Positions 45,483-54,804 of a DNA stretch of 64,000 nucleotides are shown here, in pieces. Under the pieces are notes generated by a model. The model searched no databases. It was not told the DNA's origin and saw only the letters and a program-made list of their open reading frames with translations. This DNA is from a virus. Its lineage: Duplodnaviria; Heunggongvirae; Uroviricota; Caudoviricetes. The stretch lies in the IMG/VR virus record IMGVR_UViG_3300023213_000338, one strand, 5' to 3'. Numbering within the stretch: the stretch's first letter is position 1; every line of letters starts with the position of its first letter. Position numbers and translations under genes: made by a program.

Positions 45483-45686
45483 TCATAAATCAGTTTCAGA
45501 AACTTCCTTATCCCACTTATCTTCTAAATCCTTAGTAATTTGACTATTAACAATCTCAGAATAACGTGTCTCTCTAATTGCAAACCCACAACCACATTCA
45601 ATATAACCTGCTCTTAGAAAACTGGAGTAACTAAACTTCTTATTACACTGTGGACAAATATTTTGTTTTAAATTAGACCATTTCAT
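45483..45686 (-). CDS. zinc-ribbon microprotein
   Basis: CPQCNKKF...CGCGF. Confidence 0.4.
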   Translation of the reverse strand: MKWSNLKQNICPQCNKKFSYSSFLRAGYIECGCGFAIRETRYSEIVNSQITKDLEDKWDKEVSETDL

Positions 45687-45979
45687 AAATTAAACTTTTT
45701 TCTTAATTCTCTAATACAAGTATTGTAACCTTCTTTAAAGCTAACTTTGATAGCACCATCCATTTTAAATACATCATCCATAATCGGCTCAAGTTCACTT
45801 ACACTTTTTCTTTCTAAAAGTTTTCCTATAAGGGATTTGATTTGAGAAAGCTTAAATCCTACAGGTTTTGGCAAATAAACTATATTGTTTTTCCCATCAT
45901 TGCAACCTGTTTCATAAAGGCTTTTTAATATTTCCTCTAAATTTTTATCAAACGTTACATCCTTCATAATTTGTTTCAT
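45683..45979 (-). CDS. hypothetical small protein
   Basis: 98-aa ORF overlapping its neighbour by 4 nt. Confidence 0.4.
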   Translation of the reverse strand: MKQIMKDVTFDKNLEEILKSLYETGCNDGKNNIVYLPKPVGFKLSQIKSLIGKLLERKSVSELEPIMDDVFKMDGAIKVSFKEGYNTCIRELRKKFNL

Positions 45980-46146
45980 TTTATAGTCTTATTTGTTACA
46001 TCTTTCCTTTTAATTATTTTTTTAGGATGTTCCTCGTCTTCATTATGCCAATTTAAACATTGAGAACAAAACCACTTTTTAATAGTTTTACCTGATCTAG
46101 TATCTTCAAAGGATATTTTATGTTCTTTAGCTTTCATTCTTTCCTT

Positions 46147-46413
46147 TCAAGATACCTTTATTTTTTTATCTTTGTTTTTATTGAAAGAGTCTTTTATATC
46201 AGTTAGCCATTTATCTTTTTCAAGAGAATCTAAAAATTGAGAACCATTTTGGTTGTACCACAACTTTTGATTAAAAAATGCGTCTACGATTGCTACTAAT
46301 ACTGATTGGTAAATTAAATCATCTTTCATTTCTTTCGTCCTCTCTGCCTCTTTTATAGACATAAGAGAGGAAATCAATAATTGAATCAAAATCTTCTGCT
46401 CTAATAGGAGCAC
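46147..46413 (-). CDS. hypothetical small protein
   Basis: 88-aa ORF. Confidence 0.3.
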   Translation of the reverse strand: MLLLEQKILIQLLISSLMSIKEAERTKEMKDDLIYQSVLVAIVDAFFNQKLWYNQNGSQFLDSLEKDKWLTDIKDSFNKNKDKKIKVS

Positions 46414-46534
46414 TAAATCTTGCTCGAGCTAAACAATTTTTGTGAATATTACATTTTTCTCTTTGTAAATCAAAAACTTTCTCAAAATTCTCTTTAAACT
46501 TCTTTTCTATAGCTTTAGGTAAAGTGTTTTTCAT
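46319..46534 (-). CDS. hypothetical small protein
   Basis: 71-aa ORF whose stop overlaps the next gene. Confidence 0.3.
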   Translation of the reverse strand: MKNTLPKAIEKKFKENFEKVFDLQREKCNIHKNCLARARFSAPIRAEDFDSIIDFLSYVYKRGREDERNER

Positions 46535-47133
46535 TTATTTGGAAATATACTTTTTCCGTTCCAAGGACAATCTTTTAAACATTCTTTTTTGTGTAGCTTT
46601 TTCCAACCATCCTCTGTTGTAGGAATATCACCTAAGACTGGTTTTAAAAGTTTTAAACGAATTCCTACTTCTTCCTTTGGTTTATTTTTCTTTATATAAT
46701 TTATTCTTGCCCTGATTGGTTCAGTAAGCCATTCATATAAAATTGTCTCGTGAATATGCCACCAATAATCAGTTTGATCTGAGTCAATATTTTTTGCACT
46801 TGCAAGATCTATTTGACGAAAAACCATTCCTTGAACATTTGTTCCTGAAAAATCTGTTCTCTCAAGATGTGTTCCCCAAAAAATAACATCTCTAAGATCT
46901 GCTCCTGAAAAATCTACTCCTTCCATGTTTGCTCCTCGAAAATTTGCTCCTCTAAGATTTGCTTTTTGAAGATTTGCTCCCATAAGATCTGTTGCTACAA
47001 GATTTGCTCTCCAAAGTTTTACTCCTCTTTTAACTGCTTCTTCAAGAGTATCTTTGATAGTATTGTTTTCTTTTTCATATTCAAACAATATTTCTCTCGT
47101 TATCCATTCTTTGATTTGTATTTTACTTTTCAT
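46531..47133 (-). CDS. pentapeptide-repeat protein (Qnr/MfpA-like DNA-mimic fold)
   Basis: ANLVATDLMGANLQKANLRGANFRGANMEGVDFSGADLRDVIFWGTHLERTDFSGTNVQGMVF forms tandem A(D/N)LxX pentapeptides. Confidence 0.65.
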   Translation of the reverse strand: MKSKIQIKEWITREILFEYEKENNTIKDTLEEAVKRGVKLWRANLVATDLMGANLQKANLRGANFRGANMEGVDFSGADLRDVIFWGTHLERTDFSGTNVQGMVFRQIDLASAKNIDSDQTDYWWHIHETILYEWLTEPIRARINYIKKNKPKEEVGIRLKLLKPVLGDIPTTEDGWKKLHKKECLKDCPWNGKSIFPNK

Positions 47134-47458
47134 TTAATCTTTCATCCTTTTCAGGATCATTTGCCAATAATTCTCCACTACCTTCTTTTACGTCAATAAG
47201 TTCCAATAAATGAATCACTATTCCTGATTCTGCAATTATACGCGAACCATAAGATTTAACTATTTTCCAAGGTATCTCTTGTCCTGTAAATGCGAGGACA
47301 AATACCCTTTTTTCTATTTCTTTTTTCGTGTCTACCAAAGCCCAAATAAAAACTTGTTTGTTTTTAACTCCATAATCTACGATTGTTGCTCCTAATGGTA
47401 GTCTAATTATTTCTGGAACGTTTGTATAATTAAGTTTGTATTTATAAATCGTTTTCAT
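47123..47458 (-). CDS. hypothetical protein
   Basis: 111-aa ORF. Confidence 0.4.
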   Translation of the reverse strand: MKTIYKYKLNYTNVPEIIRLPLGATIVDYGVKNKQVFIWALVDTKKEIEKRVFVLAFTGQEIPWKIVKSYGSRIIAESGIVIHLLELIDVKEGSGELLANDPEKDERLNEK

Positions 47459-47522
47459 AAGTTTTCAATTAAATATTAAATCCATTCCTATAATTTTATC
47501 AGTAATCAATCCATGTTTTTCT

Positions 47523-47720
47523 TTACCATTTCTCAAGTTTTCCTTTTTCTTTTTTAACAAATCTTTCTAAGTAAATCTTTGATTTTAAGAAATAATCAGC
47601 TAATCTTTCACAGATTTTTATTAAAATAATAAGCCACCATGCTCCAATGCCGTATTCTGTTCTATAACCTTTTATTTTCTTTTTACCAATAACCGTTGTG
47701 TAATAAAGTATTGTTTTCAT
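47523..47720 (-). CDS. small membrane protein
   Basis: 65 aa with a hydrophobic segment GIGAWWLIILI. Confidence 0.3.
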   Translation of the reverse strand: MKTILYYTTVIGKKKIKGYRTEYGIGAWWLIILIKICERLADYFLKSKIYLERFVKKEKGKLEKW

Positions 47721-48056
47721 AAAATTAATAAAAAAATCCCATATTATTCAATCCACCAGTCTAAAAAATCTATTACTGAGTCTCCTTTTCCTATGAGTGT
47801 AAATAATCCTCCAATAATAAAGAGATGGGGTAGAAAAATAGGCAATGTTAAAATCTTAAATAATATTTTCATAAATGACTTTCTCCTTTACAAAACACAT
47901 TTTCTGATTCTCCTTTTGCTAATTCTTTATTACACCATCTGCCAAATTTTTTATCTTCAGTTTTGCACCAAATCTCAGAAATCCCATCATAGTGTTTTAG
48001 ATGATCCCAAGAATACTCTATTAAAATTATTTCATGGATTTTATTGTTTGGGCAAT

Positions 48057-48311
48057 TCATATCTTTTTGTTTTTTATACTTTCTTTTTTAGATTCAGATT
48101 TAAATTTTTTTATTACACATTGAATATCGATAAATACAGAATCATCAGGAAATTCATCTACATAATATACTTTTTCTCCACAAACCACGCAATGGTGAGT
48201 AAATTTTGATATTGAACTTTTTTCTTTTAAGCCAACAACATAATCAATTTTTGAATAATCCAATTTTTTAGGATCTATAAATTCGATTTTAAGTTTTTTC
48301 TTATTTTTCAT
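48057..48311 (-). CDS. zinc-ribbon small protein
   Basis: CVVCGEK...CVIKK. Confidence 0.35.
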   Translation of the reverse strand: MKNKKKLKIEFIDPKKLDYSKIDYVVGLKEKSSISKFTHHCVVCGEKVYYVDEFPDDSVFIDIQCVIKKFKSESKKESIKNKKI

Positions 48312-48531
48312 TGAATATAGTTCTTAATTCTTCTGCTGATGGAGTAAAATTCCACAACCCCCTTTGTGTACCTACGTCTCTAAGTATAAACCATTTGTGG
48401 TAAAGTTTTTCATAAAGAAAACGGTTTTTTTCTATTTCTCTTGCAGAAAGAGATTGTATTTTTTTTACATACGAATCATGGACAGCTTTTAGTTGCTTAT
48501 TGTCCATTTGACTGATTTTTACCATATTCAA
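48301..48531 (-). CDS. hypothetical small protein
   Basis: 76-aa ORF. Confidence 0.35.
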   Translation of the reverse strand: MNMVKISQMDNKQLKAVHDSYVKKIQSLSAREIEKNRFLYEKLYHKWFILRDVGTQRGLWNFTPSAEELRTIFNEK

Positions 48532-48701
48532 TAATCTTCTTTGTGTCGTTCGTATCGTTCGTCTAGAGCAGAAAGTATGGCTTTTCCTATTTGTAGGGCA
48601 ATATTATTATTTTCTAAAGTTATACTTACTCCCATCTCATAGCCTTTTCTCCAAGCCTTATCCATTGGAGATGGTTCTTTTTCTTTCTTTTTAATCATAT
48701 T

Positions 48702-49001
48702 TTATTTAAACAATTGTCCATATCGTTTTTCAATCTTATCTTTAATCATATCAACCGCACGCTCAACATATAATTGATTTTTTGGGTCTTGAGAGGATTT
48801 ATTAAAGAAAAGCTGAGGAAACATATTCCAACTGGTACAGATTGTGTCTTCAATTGCAAGTTTCAAAACCTTCTTTCGCATAAATCCCATTATTCCAGCA
48901 GGATCGTTTATATGGTCTTTAACAAAGTCTAATATATCCTTGTCAGGAGAGGCAGATGCTACGGCAAGAAGTTTTTTTTGTTTCTCTTCTGTTTCATTCA
49001 T
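48702..49001 (-). CDS. hypothetical protein
   Basis: 99-aa ORF with its own promoter directly upstream. Confidence 0.4.
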   Translation of the reverse strand: MNETEEKQKKLLAVASASPDKDILDFVKDHINDPAGIMGFMRKKVLKLAIEDTICTSWNMFPQLFFNKSSQDPKNQLYVERAVDMIKDKIEKRYGQLFK

Positions 49002-49011
49002 ATTTATCTAT

Positions 49012-49040
49012 ATTATACAACAATTAATATTTTTTGTCAA
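49012..49040 (-). promoter_or_regulatory. minus-strand sigma70-type promoter (TTGACA-N17-TATAAT)
   Basis: Reverse complement reads aTTGACAaaaaatattaattgttgTATAATa. Confidence 0.5.
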
Positions 49041-49143
49041 TATAAAATTTGCTTTTTTTAAACAAAAGTATTATTCTTTTTATACCTATTATCTGTTTTA
49101 ATAGGAGACGAGGCGGAATTTGAATGCCACCTCGTATCCTAGA

Positions 49144-50625
49144 TTATCTGTGAATTAACGATCGCATCATTTCGATCATTTTTAAAGGTAACTGTTCAAT
49201 TTTAGGAACTGCGATATATGTGGGATAAAATTGCTTCAAATAATCGCTTGTTAGCCCTACTCCAATTGCAATAAGAGTCGCGTTTTTTTCTTTTTCAATT
49301 TTGTGGATTAGGGTTCGCATTGTGCTTGAATTAACTCCTATTCCGCCATCAGTCATCATAAGAACAATGTTATCATCGTATTTATTAATATTTTTATAAG
49401 TTACATCTAAGGCAAGAAACTCATTGTTTCCCCCCCCACGCATTTTACGATAAACAGAAAGATCGGAAATTACTTGTGTCGTATGGTTGAATCTGATATA
49501 TTTTATTTCAAACTTTAATCTTTTCATAGCTTCGTTAATTAAAAAAGATGCAATATATGTTTGAGCATGAAAATATCCTTCCATGCTTCCGCTTTCATCC
49601 AGAACAAAAGTTATTGAGTAATGAGGCGTATCTGGATTTGTGCGTTTGCTAAAAAGCCTAGTTTCATCAGAAACTGTAACTTTGTATGCGTTTTTAGATA
49701 GTAACCTTCCCTTTTTATGTGCTCCTGTGTAACGAACTGAAGCTTTTTCTTTAAGAATATCTGCTAGGCGTTGTGTTAGGGTATGAATATATCCTCCCAA
49801 AAGAGACCTTAATTCTTCATCTGAGGGAATGTCTGTTAAATATTCTTCCATTTTTCCCTCAAACGACCTATCGGGTTTTCCCTCCCTGAGTTCTTCTTCA
49901 ATGGATTTATTACCATCCGCTTTGCCCTCTCTTTGTTCTTTCTCTAATTGTTTATCGGCTTCGTCTAGGAAGGGTTTTGCGTGTCTATAGATATATTGGT
50001 CAACCAATTGTTTAAGAACTTCTGTTGAAGAGGCATTGAGTATCTTCCCAACACAGGCTTGAATATCTGAATCTGCGGAACTTAAAGCTTTTTTAACTTC
50101 TGTAGAGTTATAGTCTCGTAGATCTCTGGCTAGATAATAAAGATTATTTCTACTCCACTCAACTATTTTCCCAGAATAAAATCTTTGTAAATTTGTGCTA
50201 TCCAGAAATTCCATTAATTTAGTTCGTTCTAACATTTTAAGTTTAGCCAAAGAGATTCTTCCTATTAAGCCCCAAGTAGAACAATGAGCCAGAGCTTGTA
50301 TTGCAAAACCTCTATATTGTTGCATAAGCAAATATTCAATTCTCATATCTTCAAATTGGTTATAAACATATTGCATCGAGGGATGTTTTATTAAGTTTGG
50401 GGTATCTTTTTGAATTTTATCTGTGAATAAAATATGTCCAACTTCATGGATAATGATTCCTTTTGCTACCAATGCGGGCGCAAAGACGAGATCGGTGGGA
50501 TTATATGTAACTTCCCTTTTGGCGACGTTCGTAACCCACTTTTTCCCTTCTTTGAATGTAATTTTATTCTCGTTGGATAAAGCTGTAATAAGAGCTTCAA
50601 GATAAGATCGAGTTGTCCTAAACAT
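49144..50625 (-). CDS. von Willebrand factor A (vWA) domain protein with N-terminal HExxH metallopeptidase-like motif; last gene of the Ubl/AAA operon
   Basis: TFVLDESGSMEG is the MIDAS DxSxS motif. IIHEVGHILF is an N-terminal HExxH. It is co-oriented with the MoxR gene with a 15-nt gap. Confidence 0.65.
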   Translation of the reverse strand: MFRTTRSYLEALITALSNENKITFKEGKKWVTNVAKREVTYNPTDLVFAPALVAKGIIIHEVGHILFTDKIQKDTPNLIKHPSMQYVYNQFEDMRIEYLLMQQYRGFAIQALAHCSTWGLIGRISLAKLKMLERTKLMEFLDSTNLQRFYSGKIVEWSRNNLYYLARDLRDYNSTEVKKALSSADSDIQACVGKILNASSTEVLKQLVDQYIYRHAKPFLDEADKQLEKEQREGKADGNKSIEEELREGKPDRSFEGKMEEYLTDIPSDEELRSLLGGYIHTLTQRLADILKEKASVRYTGAHKKGRLLSKNAYKVTVSDETRLFSKRTNPDTPHYSITFVLDESGSMEGYFHAQTYIASFLINEAMKRLKFEIKYIRFNHTTQVISDLSVYRKMRGGGNNEFLALDVTYKNINKYDDNIVLMMTDGGIGVNSSTMRTLIHKIEKEKNATLIAIGVGLTSDYLKQFYPTYIAVPKIEQLPLKMIEMMRSLIHR

Positions 50626-50640
50626 CTGTCAGTTCCTCCA

Positions 50641-51939
50641 TTAAAGTGATTTTTTTTGTGTTGGATTAGAAGTTTTTTTATTAGAGGTAGTAATTTTTTT
50701 GGATGCTTTTTGGATGATTTTTTCGATTTGTTGATATTCTTTGATTTGGTCTTGGAGTTCTTCATTTTTTTTTCTTTCGGCTTCGATTTCTGTTTTCTGA
50801 CCTTCAATTACCTTCTTTATCTCGTCTGCCGTTAAATTAAGCTTCTCCAAAGTTTTTTCTAATTCGTCTATAGCTTTTAATTGCGTAGCCAATTCTCTTT
50901 CTTTATCTAAAATCAATCCTTCTGCTTTTTCTGCACGATGTTTCAATGTCTCAAATTCTTTTTTGGTAGTAATTATAGGAGTTGTTCCTTTATCTTCAGC
51001 TTCAGCTTGTTTATTAATGGCTAAGAAAAAATCTAATAAGGCTTTTTGTTCGTCTTTGTTATTGGTTTTTTTAACAACAGTTGTACTCCAAGCATTTTGT
51101 GGCTTCATGCCAGAGGAGATAAGTTTAGCCGTATTAAGGAGGCTACGAGTGGAGACATATAGGAATATCTTTTGTTCCAAATAGTCTTTTCTAGCCATCG
51201 TAGCTGTTATTACCAATATATTTGCCATCTCCTCAGAGATTTTTGTACGGCTAACCAACAATTCCTTTTCTTTGTCTGGAGCTAACGTATCAACTGATAT
51301 TATGATTGGGAAACGATCCAAAAAAGCCTTATTCATTGATTTTGTGCCTTCATAATCGGGGTTACAAGTTGCAAAAACTCTAAAATTTGGATGAGGATAA
51401 ATAACTTCTCCGTTAGGAAGCGTTATTCTCCTATCTTCGTCTAAAAGTCCATGAAGAATAAACAAGCAATCTGGGGTGGTTGCATTAATCTCATCTATAA
51501 CCAAAATTGCTCCGCGTTGCATGGCATTGGTAATAACTCCGTGTTCGTAATATGTCTCATTGCCTTTATCGGTCGCTCGGACGGACTTGCTCCCTATGAG
51601 CTCATCTGGGGTCGAAAACCCATGCATGTTTACACGCACATAGGGTTGTTGTCTGAGATATGCCAATCGTCTAACGGCTGAAGTTTTGGCTACCCCCGTC
51701 TCTCCAATTAATAAAACAGGTAGATTCTCCTTTATCCCCAAAGCAATTGCATCTTTGTCGTTTATTGGTAGAATAACCTCAAGTGCTTCTTTTGGAACTA
51801 ACGGATCGTTTTGCTCGTTGATTTTTTCCAACTCAATAGAACCAAATAGGAAAGAGTTTTCTTTTACTACCGCCAACGCTTTTGGAGCTTCTGGTTCTGG
51901 AGTAATAGAATCTGTTTTTTTAATTTTAGTTTTTTTCAT
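50641..51939 (-). CDS. MoxR-family AAA+ ATPase with C-terminal coiled coil
   Basis: LLIGETGVAKT is Walker A, AILVIDEIN is Walker B, FATCNP is sensor 1, and FLDRF carries the arginine finger. This is the MoxR/RavA arrangement paired with a vWA protein. Confidence 0.8.
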   Translation of the reverse strand: MKKTKIKKTDSITPEPEAPKALAVVKENSFLFGSIELEKINEQNDPLVPKEALEVILPINDKDAIALGIKENLPVLLIGETGVAKTSAVRRLAYLRQQPYVRVNMHGFSTPDELIGSKSVRATDKGNETYYEHGVITNAMQRGAILVIDEINATTPDCLFILHGLLDEDRRITLPNGEVIYPHPNFRVFATCNPDYEGTKSMNKAFLDRFPIIISVDTLAPDKEKELLVSRTKISEEMANILVITATMARKDYLEQKIFLYVSTRSLLNTAKLISSGMKPQNAWSTTVVKKTNNKDEQKALLDFFLAINKQAEAEDKGTTPIITTKKEFETLKHRAEKAEGLILDKERELATQLKAIDELEKTLEKLNLTADEIKKVIEGQKTEIEAERKKNEELQDQIKEYQQIEKIIQKASKKITTSNKKTSNPTQKKSL

Positions 51940-53060
51940 TTTTTATCTCCAATAACTTTATCGATGTTGATTTCCCTATCTTCATCTAAGAGTGAGTAGT
52001 CTTGCTTCATTGAAGTCCCATTACTAACAGAAGAACTTGGTTTATCAGATAAAGCAGAGAAGCTTTCTTTTTCTTGTTTCTCTTTTTTAATTGCATCGAC
52101 AAAATATTTCATTGAGATTGTTTTAGCCTTATCATAAGCACATTTTCTTGCAGCCATTAAGATTGTATTTTTAATATTGCCACCACTCAAAGGAATTTTA
52201 GCAAGTATTTCAAAGTCAACGTCTTTTCCAATAGGAGCTTTCTTAGGTATTAGACGTTCCCAGATTAGCTTTCTTTCAGACTCATTTGGAAAAGGAAATT
52301 CGATTTTGGTTGTGATACGACGTTCTAAAGCAGGATCAAGTTTGCCTAAGCGATTAGTGGTAAGAATAACGATTCCTTCATAGCGTTCAATTTCGGAAAG
52401 CAAGATATTAACTTGAGAAGATACGATTGGTCCAACAGCATCTCGATTGTACAAAAGCGAATCACACTCGTCAATCAAGATTACATCTTTCTTGTTTTCA
52501 GGTGAGCTTTCGGCACTTATAAAAGCCTTAGTAATATTCTTTTCAGTTTCTCCCCAAAGGTAGGAACTCATTGTATTCATGTCCAGTTTCTTAAGACCTA
52601 GCCCTAATTCATTAGCAATCGCTTCAGCCATAAGACTTTTCCCCGTTCCCGAAGACCCATAGAAAAGAAGCGTCATTCCCATTCCCTTTTCCAAAACTTC
52701 ATTGAAGCCCCATTCCTCAAAGATCAGTTGCTTGTTTTGTTCCTGAGCAATTGTAGCTTGAATCTCCTTTTTCTTTTCTGGGCTAAGTACTACGCTTTCA
52801 ATGTTAAGGTTCTTGATAGGATTTTCTTTAATAAAAACAATTGACTTATCTTTTTCAATTCTCATTTTATATCCCATTGGAGAAACAATTTCTTCAACCG
52901 CTTCTTTTGCCAATTCAACATTGAAGTATGGATAAAGATCAGTTAGCTTAAATTCTTTCGGGTGGGTATGAATAATTTCTTGAATTGCACTTTTTAAAGT
53001 AGTCTGATTAAGATGGGTAAAAACTGGAAGTGGCTTAGGTTGATTAATATTATTTGGCAT
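51936..53060 (-). CDS. classical-clade AAA ATPase (Cdc48/FtsH/proteasomal-ATPase-like unfoldase module)
   Basis: LLFYGSSGTGKSLMA is Walker A, VILIDECDSL is Walker B, and VILTTNRLGKLDPALERR is the second region of homology. Confidence 0.8.
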   Translation of the reverse strand: MPNNINQPKPLPVFTHLNQTTLKSAIQEIIHTHPKEFKLTDLYPYFNVELAKEAVEEIVSPMGYKMRIEKDKSIVFIKENPIKNLNIESVVLSPEKKKEIQATIAQEQNKQLIFEEWGFNEVLEKGMGMTLLFYGSSGTGKSLMAEAIANELGLGLKKLDMNTMSSYLWGETEKNITKAFISAESSPENKKDVILIDECDSLLYNRDAVGPIVSSQVNILLSEIERYEGIVILTTNRLGKLDPALERRITTKIEFPFPNESERKLIWERLIPKKAPIGKDVDFEILAKIPLSGGNIKNTILMAARKCAYDKAKTISMKYFVDAIKKEKQEKESFSALSDKPSSSVSNGTSMKQDYSLLDEDREINIDKVIGDKK

Positions 53061-53061
53061 G

Positions 53062-53388
53062 TTAGTTAACTATCCTTTCTTTTTTCTTTTCCTGTTTTTC
53101 TTTTAACGCCTGCTCGATATCAAATTCAGGCTCTTTCGGTTCTGGAGTTGGATTGGTTTTTGGTTTTACTCCCATTGCCTTATATATTTCATTCATAATA
53201 TCTTTAATATCGATTCCCATTTTGGCCAATTCATCGCCAGCTGCAATATATAGAGCTTGAGATAGGATTTGCTGAAACTCTTTACTTTCTCTTAAACCCT
53301 CGACTAATAAATCTATAATTTCAATTTCTTTACCTTGTAATTCAAACCTAACTCCTTTTGCCTCATGCTCCAAATATAGTTTTGCCAT
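53062..53388 (-). CDS. small acidic/helical protein of unknown function within the Ubl operon
   Basis: 108-aa ORF lying 1 nt from the AAA gene start. Confidence 0.45.
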   Translation of the reverse strand: MAKLYLEHEAKGVRFELQGKEIEIIDLLVEGLRESKEFQQILSQALYIAAGDELAKMGIDIKDIMNEIYKAMGVKPKTNPTPEPKEPEFDIEQALKEKQEKKKERIVN

Positions 53389-53400
53389 AGTGTGTGGGTT

Positions 53401-54000
53401 TTATCCCTCTTCTCCTATAAAAAGGTCTTTTAAACCCTTCTTAATCGCCCTACCAACGTCTTTTATGTCCTCGCTGGTAAATAATTCGTCGCCTCGGACT
53501 TTTTCTTTGATTTCTTTTATAATCTCTTCTTTCATTTCTTTGTCTCCAAGATCAACTTCGAATTCAACTTGATCAAACTCATATCGGAAAGGAGCGAATA
53601 AATCTACCCTACATAAATTATCACCCTTATGGTTTGTAACAAGAGAGATTATATAATTATGCGAATCCATTTCTGAATCCCATTCTTCAATTGTTGCAGT
53701 ATCTATGCCAGAAAAGAAAGCTCCCATTCTGTTATGTGAATGCCACCAAAGCTTCCAATCACTCATTTTTTCTCCCTTGGACAATAAATCGCTAAAGAAT
53801 TTTCCAAGATCAGTTCTGTTTAAAACAGTGTTTGCTCCGCTAACTTTTTGTTTAAAGATTCGTATATCCTCAACATAAAAGATTGTTTCCCCATTGATAT
53901 ATTCCGATCTGACTTTGCCAAGCCCAGAGATTTCAAGTTCCGTGTTCTCAACGTAGTGTCTGAGTTTCTGGTACAGTTTGATTGGGATAATAACTTTCAT
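53401..54000 (-). CDS. JAB/MPN (JAMM) metallopeptidase, predicted Ubl-processing/deconjugating enzyme
   Basis: WWHSHNRMGAFFSGID is an exact H-x-H-x7-S-x2-D JAMM motif. An upstream conserved Glu is present in TELEISGLG. Confidence 0.8.
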   Translation of the reverse strand: MKVIIPIKLYQKLRHYVENTELEISGLGKVRSEYINGETIFYVEDIRIFKQKVSGANTVLNRTDLGKFFSDLLSKGEKMSDWKLWWHSHNRMGAFFSGIDTATIEEWDSEMDSHNYIISLVTNHKGDNLCRVDLFAPFRYEFDQVEFEVDLGDKEMKEEIIKEIKEKVRGDELFTSEDIKDVGRAIKKGLKDLFIGEEG

Positions 54001-54003
54001 AAT

Positions 54004-54804
54004 TTAAGATTGCCTAGCTTCTAACGATCGGATAGCGTCTTCTAAGGCTTGTAATCTTTGATGAATTGCATTTGTAAAATTAATATCTCTAGTATAAGGA
54101 TAAGGAACATTAAGTTCAGCAAGAAGCATATTTCTTTTCGCTCTCATCGTGTCTAATCCATTTAATTGATTTTGATAGGTTGCTTGTGTGTATTGAGCTT
54201 CCTGTATCCCAGAAGGAGCTGTTTGTGTTCTTGGTTGTGGTTGATAAGATGCTTGTCTTATTCCCCGATCGTACTGATCAAAATCAAATCCTCTTGGGCA
54301 TGGAGTTGCTCCTTTTAACCATTCATCCCAATTTGTATAACCAGCATCCTCGCTTTTTACGCTTGCAATATAATATAAACAAGTGTCAACGAGTTTTTGA
54401 AGATTTTGAGCTACCCATAATTTCTCAATCTCTAACTTTATTCCATATTTTCCACTCCCCCAACAAGGTTTTGTGTCACTAATTGTCGGATTATCTAAAT
54501 TATAGTAGCGTTGTGAAATATTTAAAATTCTTATCATTTCAGTTGAGTTTTTAAAATTTATTCTTATTTGGTATTGACCAGCAACTTTGTTTCTTCTATT
54601 TACTTTAATATATATCGGTTGGGTTGTAATCGTGATTCTATTCTGACTGTCTACAGAAACATTTTTTATCATGTATTGTTTTTTAATCTTTATTAGTAAG
54701 TCCCTGTCTTTCCAAGGAATGATTTTCTGTTTGAGGTTATTAATCCCTCGCTCAATGGTTGCGAGGGGATTAAGTAACATTAATTTTCTTAAAGAAAGTG
54801 CCAT
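54004..54804 (-). CDS. candidate E2-like (UBC-fold) conjugating protein; unknown fold otherwise
   Basis: 266-aa ORF located between the Ubl and JAB genes. YYNLDNPTISDTKPCWGSG places a Cys about 9 residues after an NP, reminiscent of HPN...C. A helix (WVAQNLQKLVDTCLYYIAS) follows. This is a contextual inference only. Confidence 0.35.
   Translation of the reverse strand: MALSLRKLMLLNPLATIERGINNLKQKIIPWKDRDLLIKIKKQYMIKNVSVDSQNRITITTQPIYIKVNRRNKVAGQYQIRINFKNSTEMIRILNISQRYYNLDNPTISDTKPCWGSGKYGIKLEIEKLWVAQNLQKLVDTCLYYIASVKSEDAGYTNWDEWLKGATPCPRGFDFDQYDRGIRQASYQPQPRTQTAPSGIQEAQYTQATYQNQLNGLDTMRAKRNMLLAELNVPYPYTRDINFTNAIHQRLQALEDAIRSLEARQS

Noticed and set aside
50466-50807. 113-aa lysine-rich ORF spanning the junction between the vWA and MoxR genes.
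   Set aside because: It is in a different frame of the same strand and overlaps two strongly supported genes. The AT-rich sequence gives Lys-rich spurious frames.
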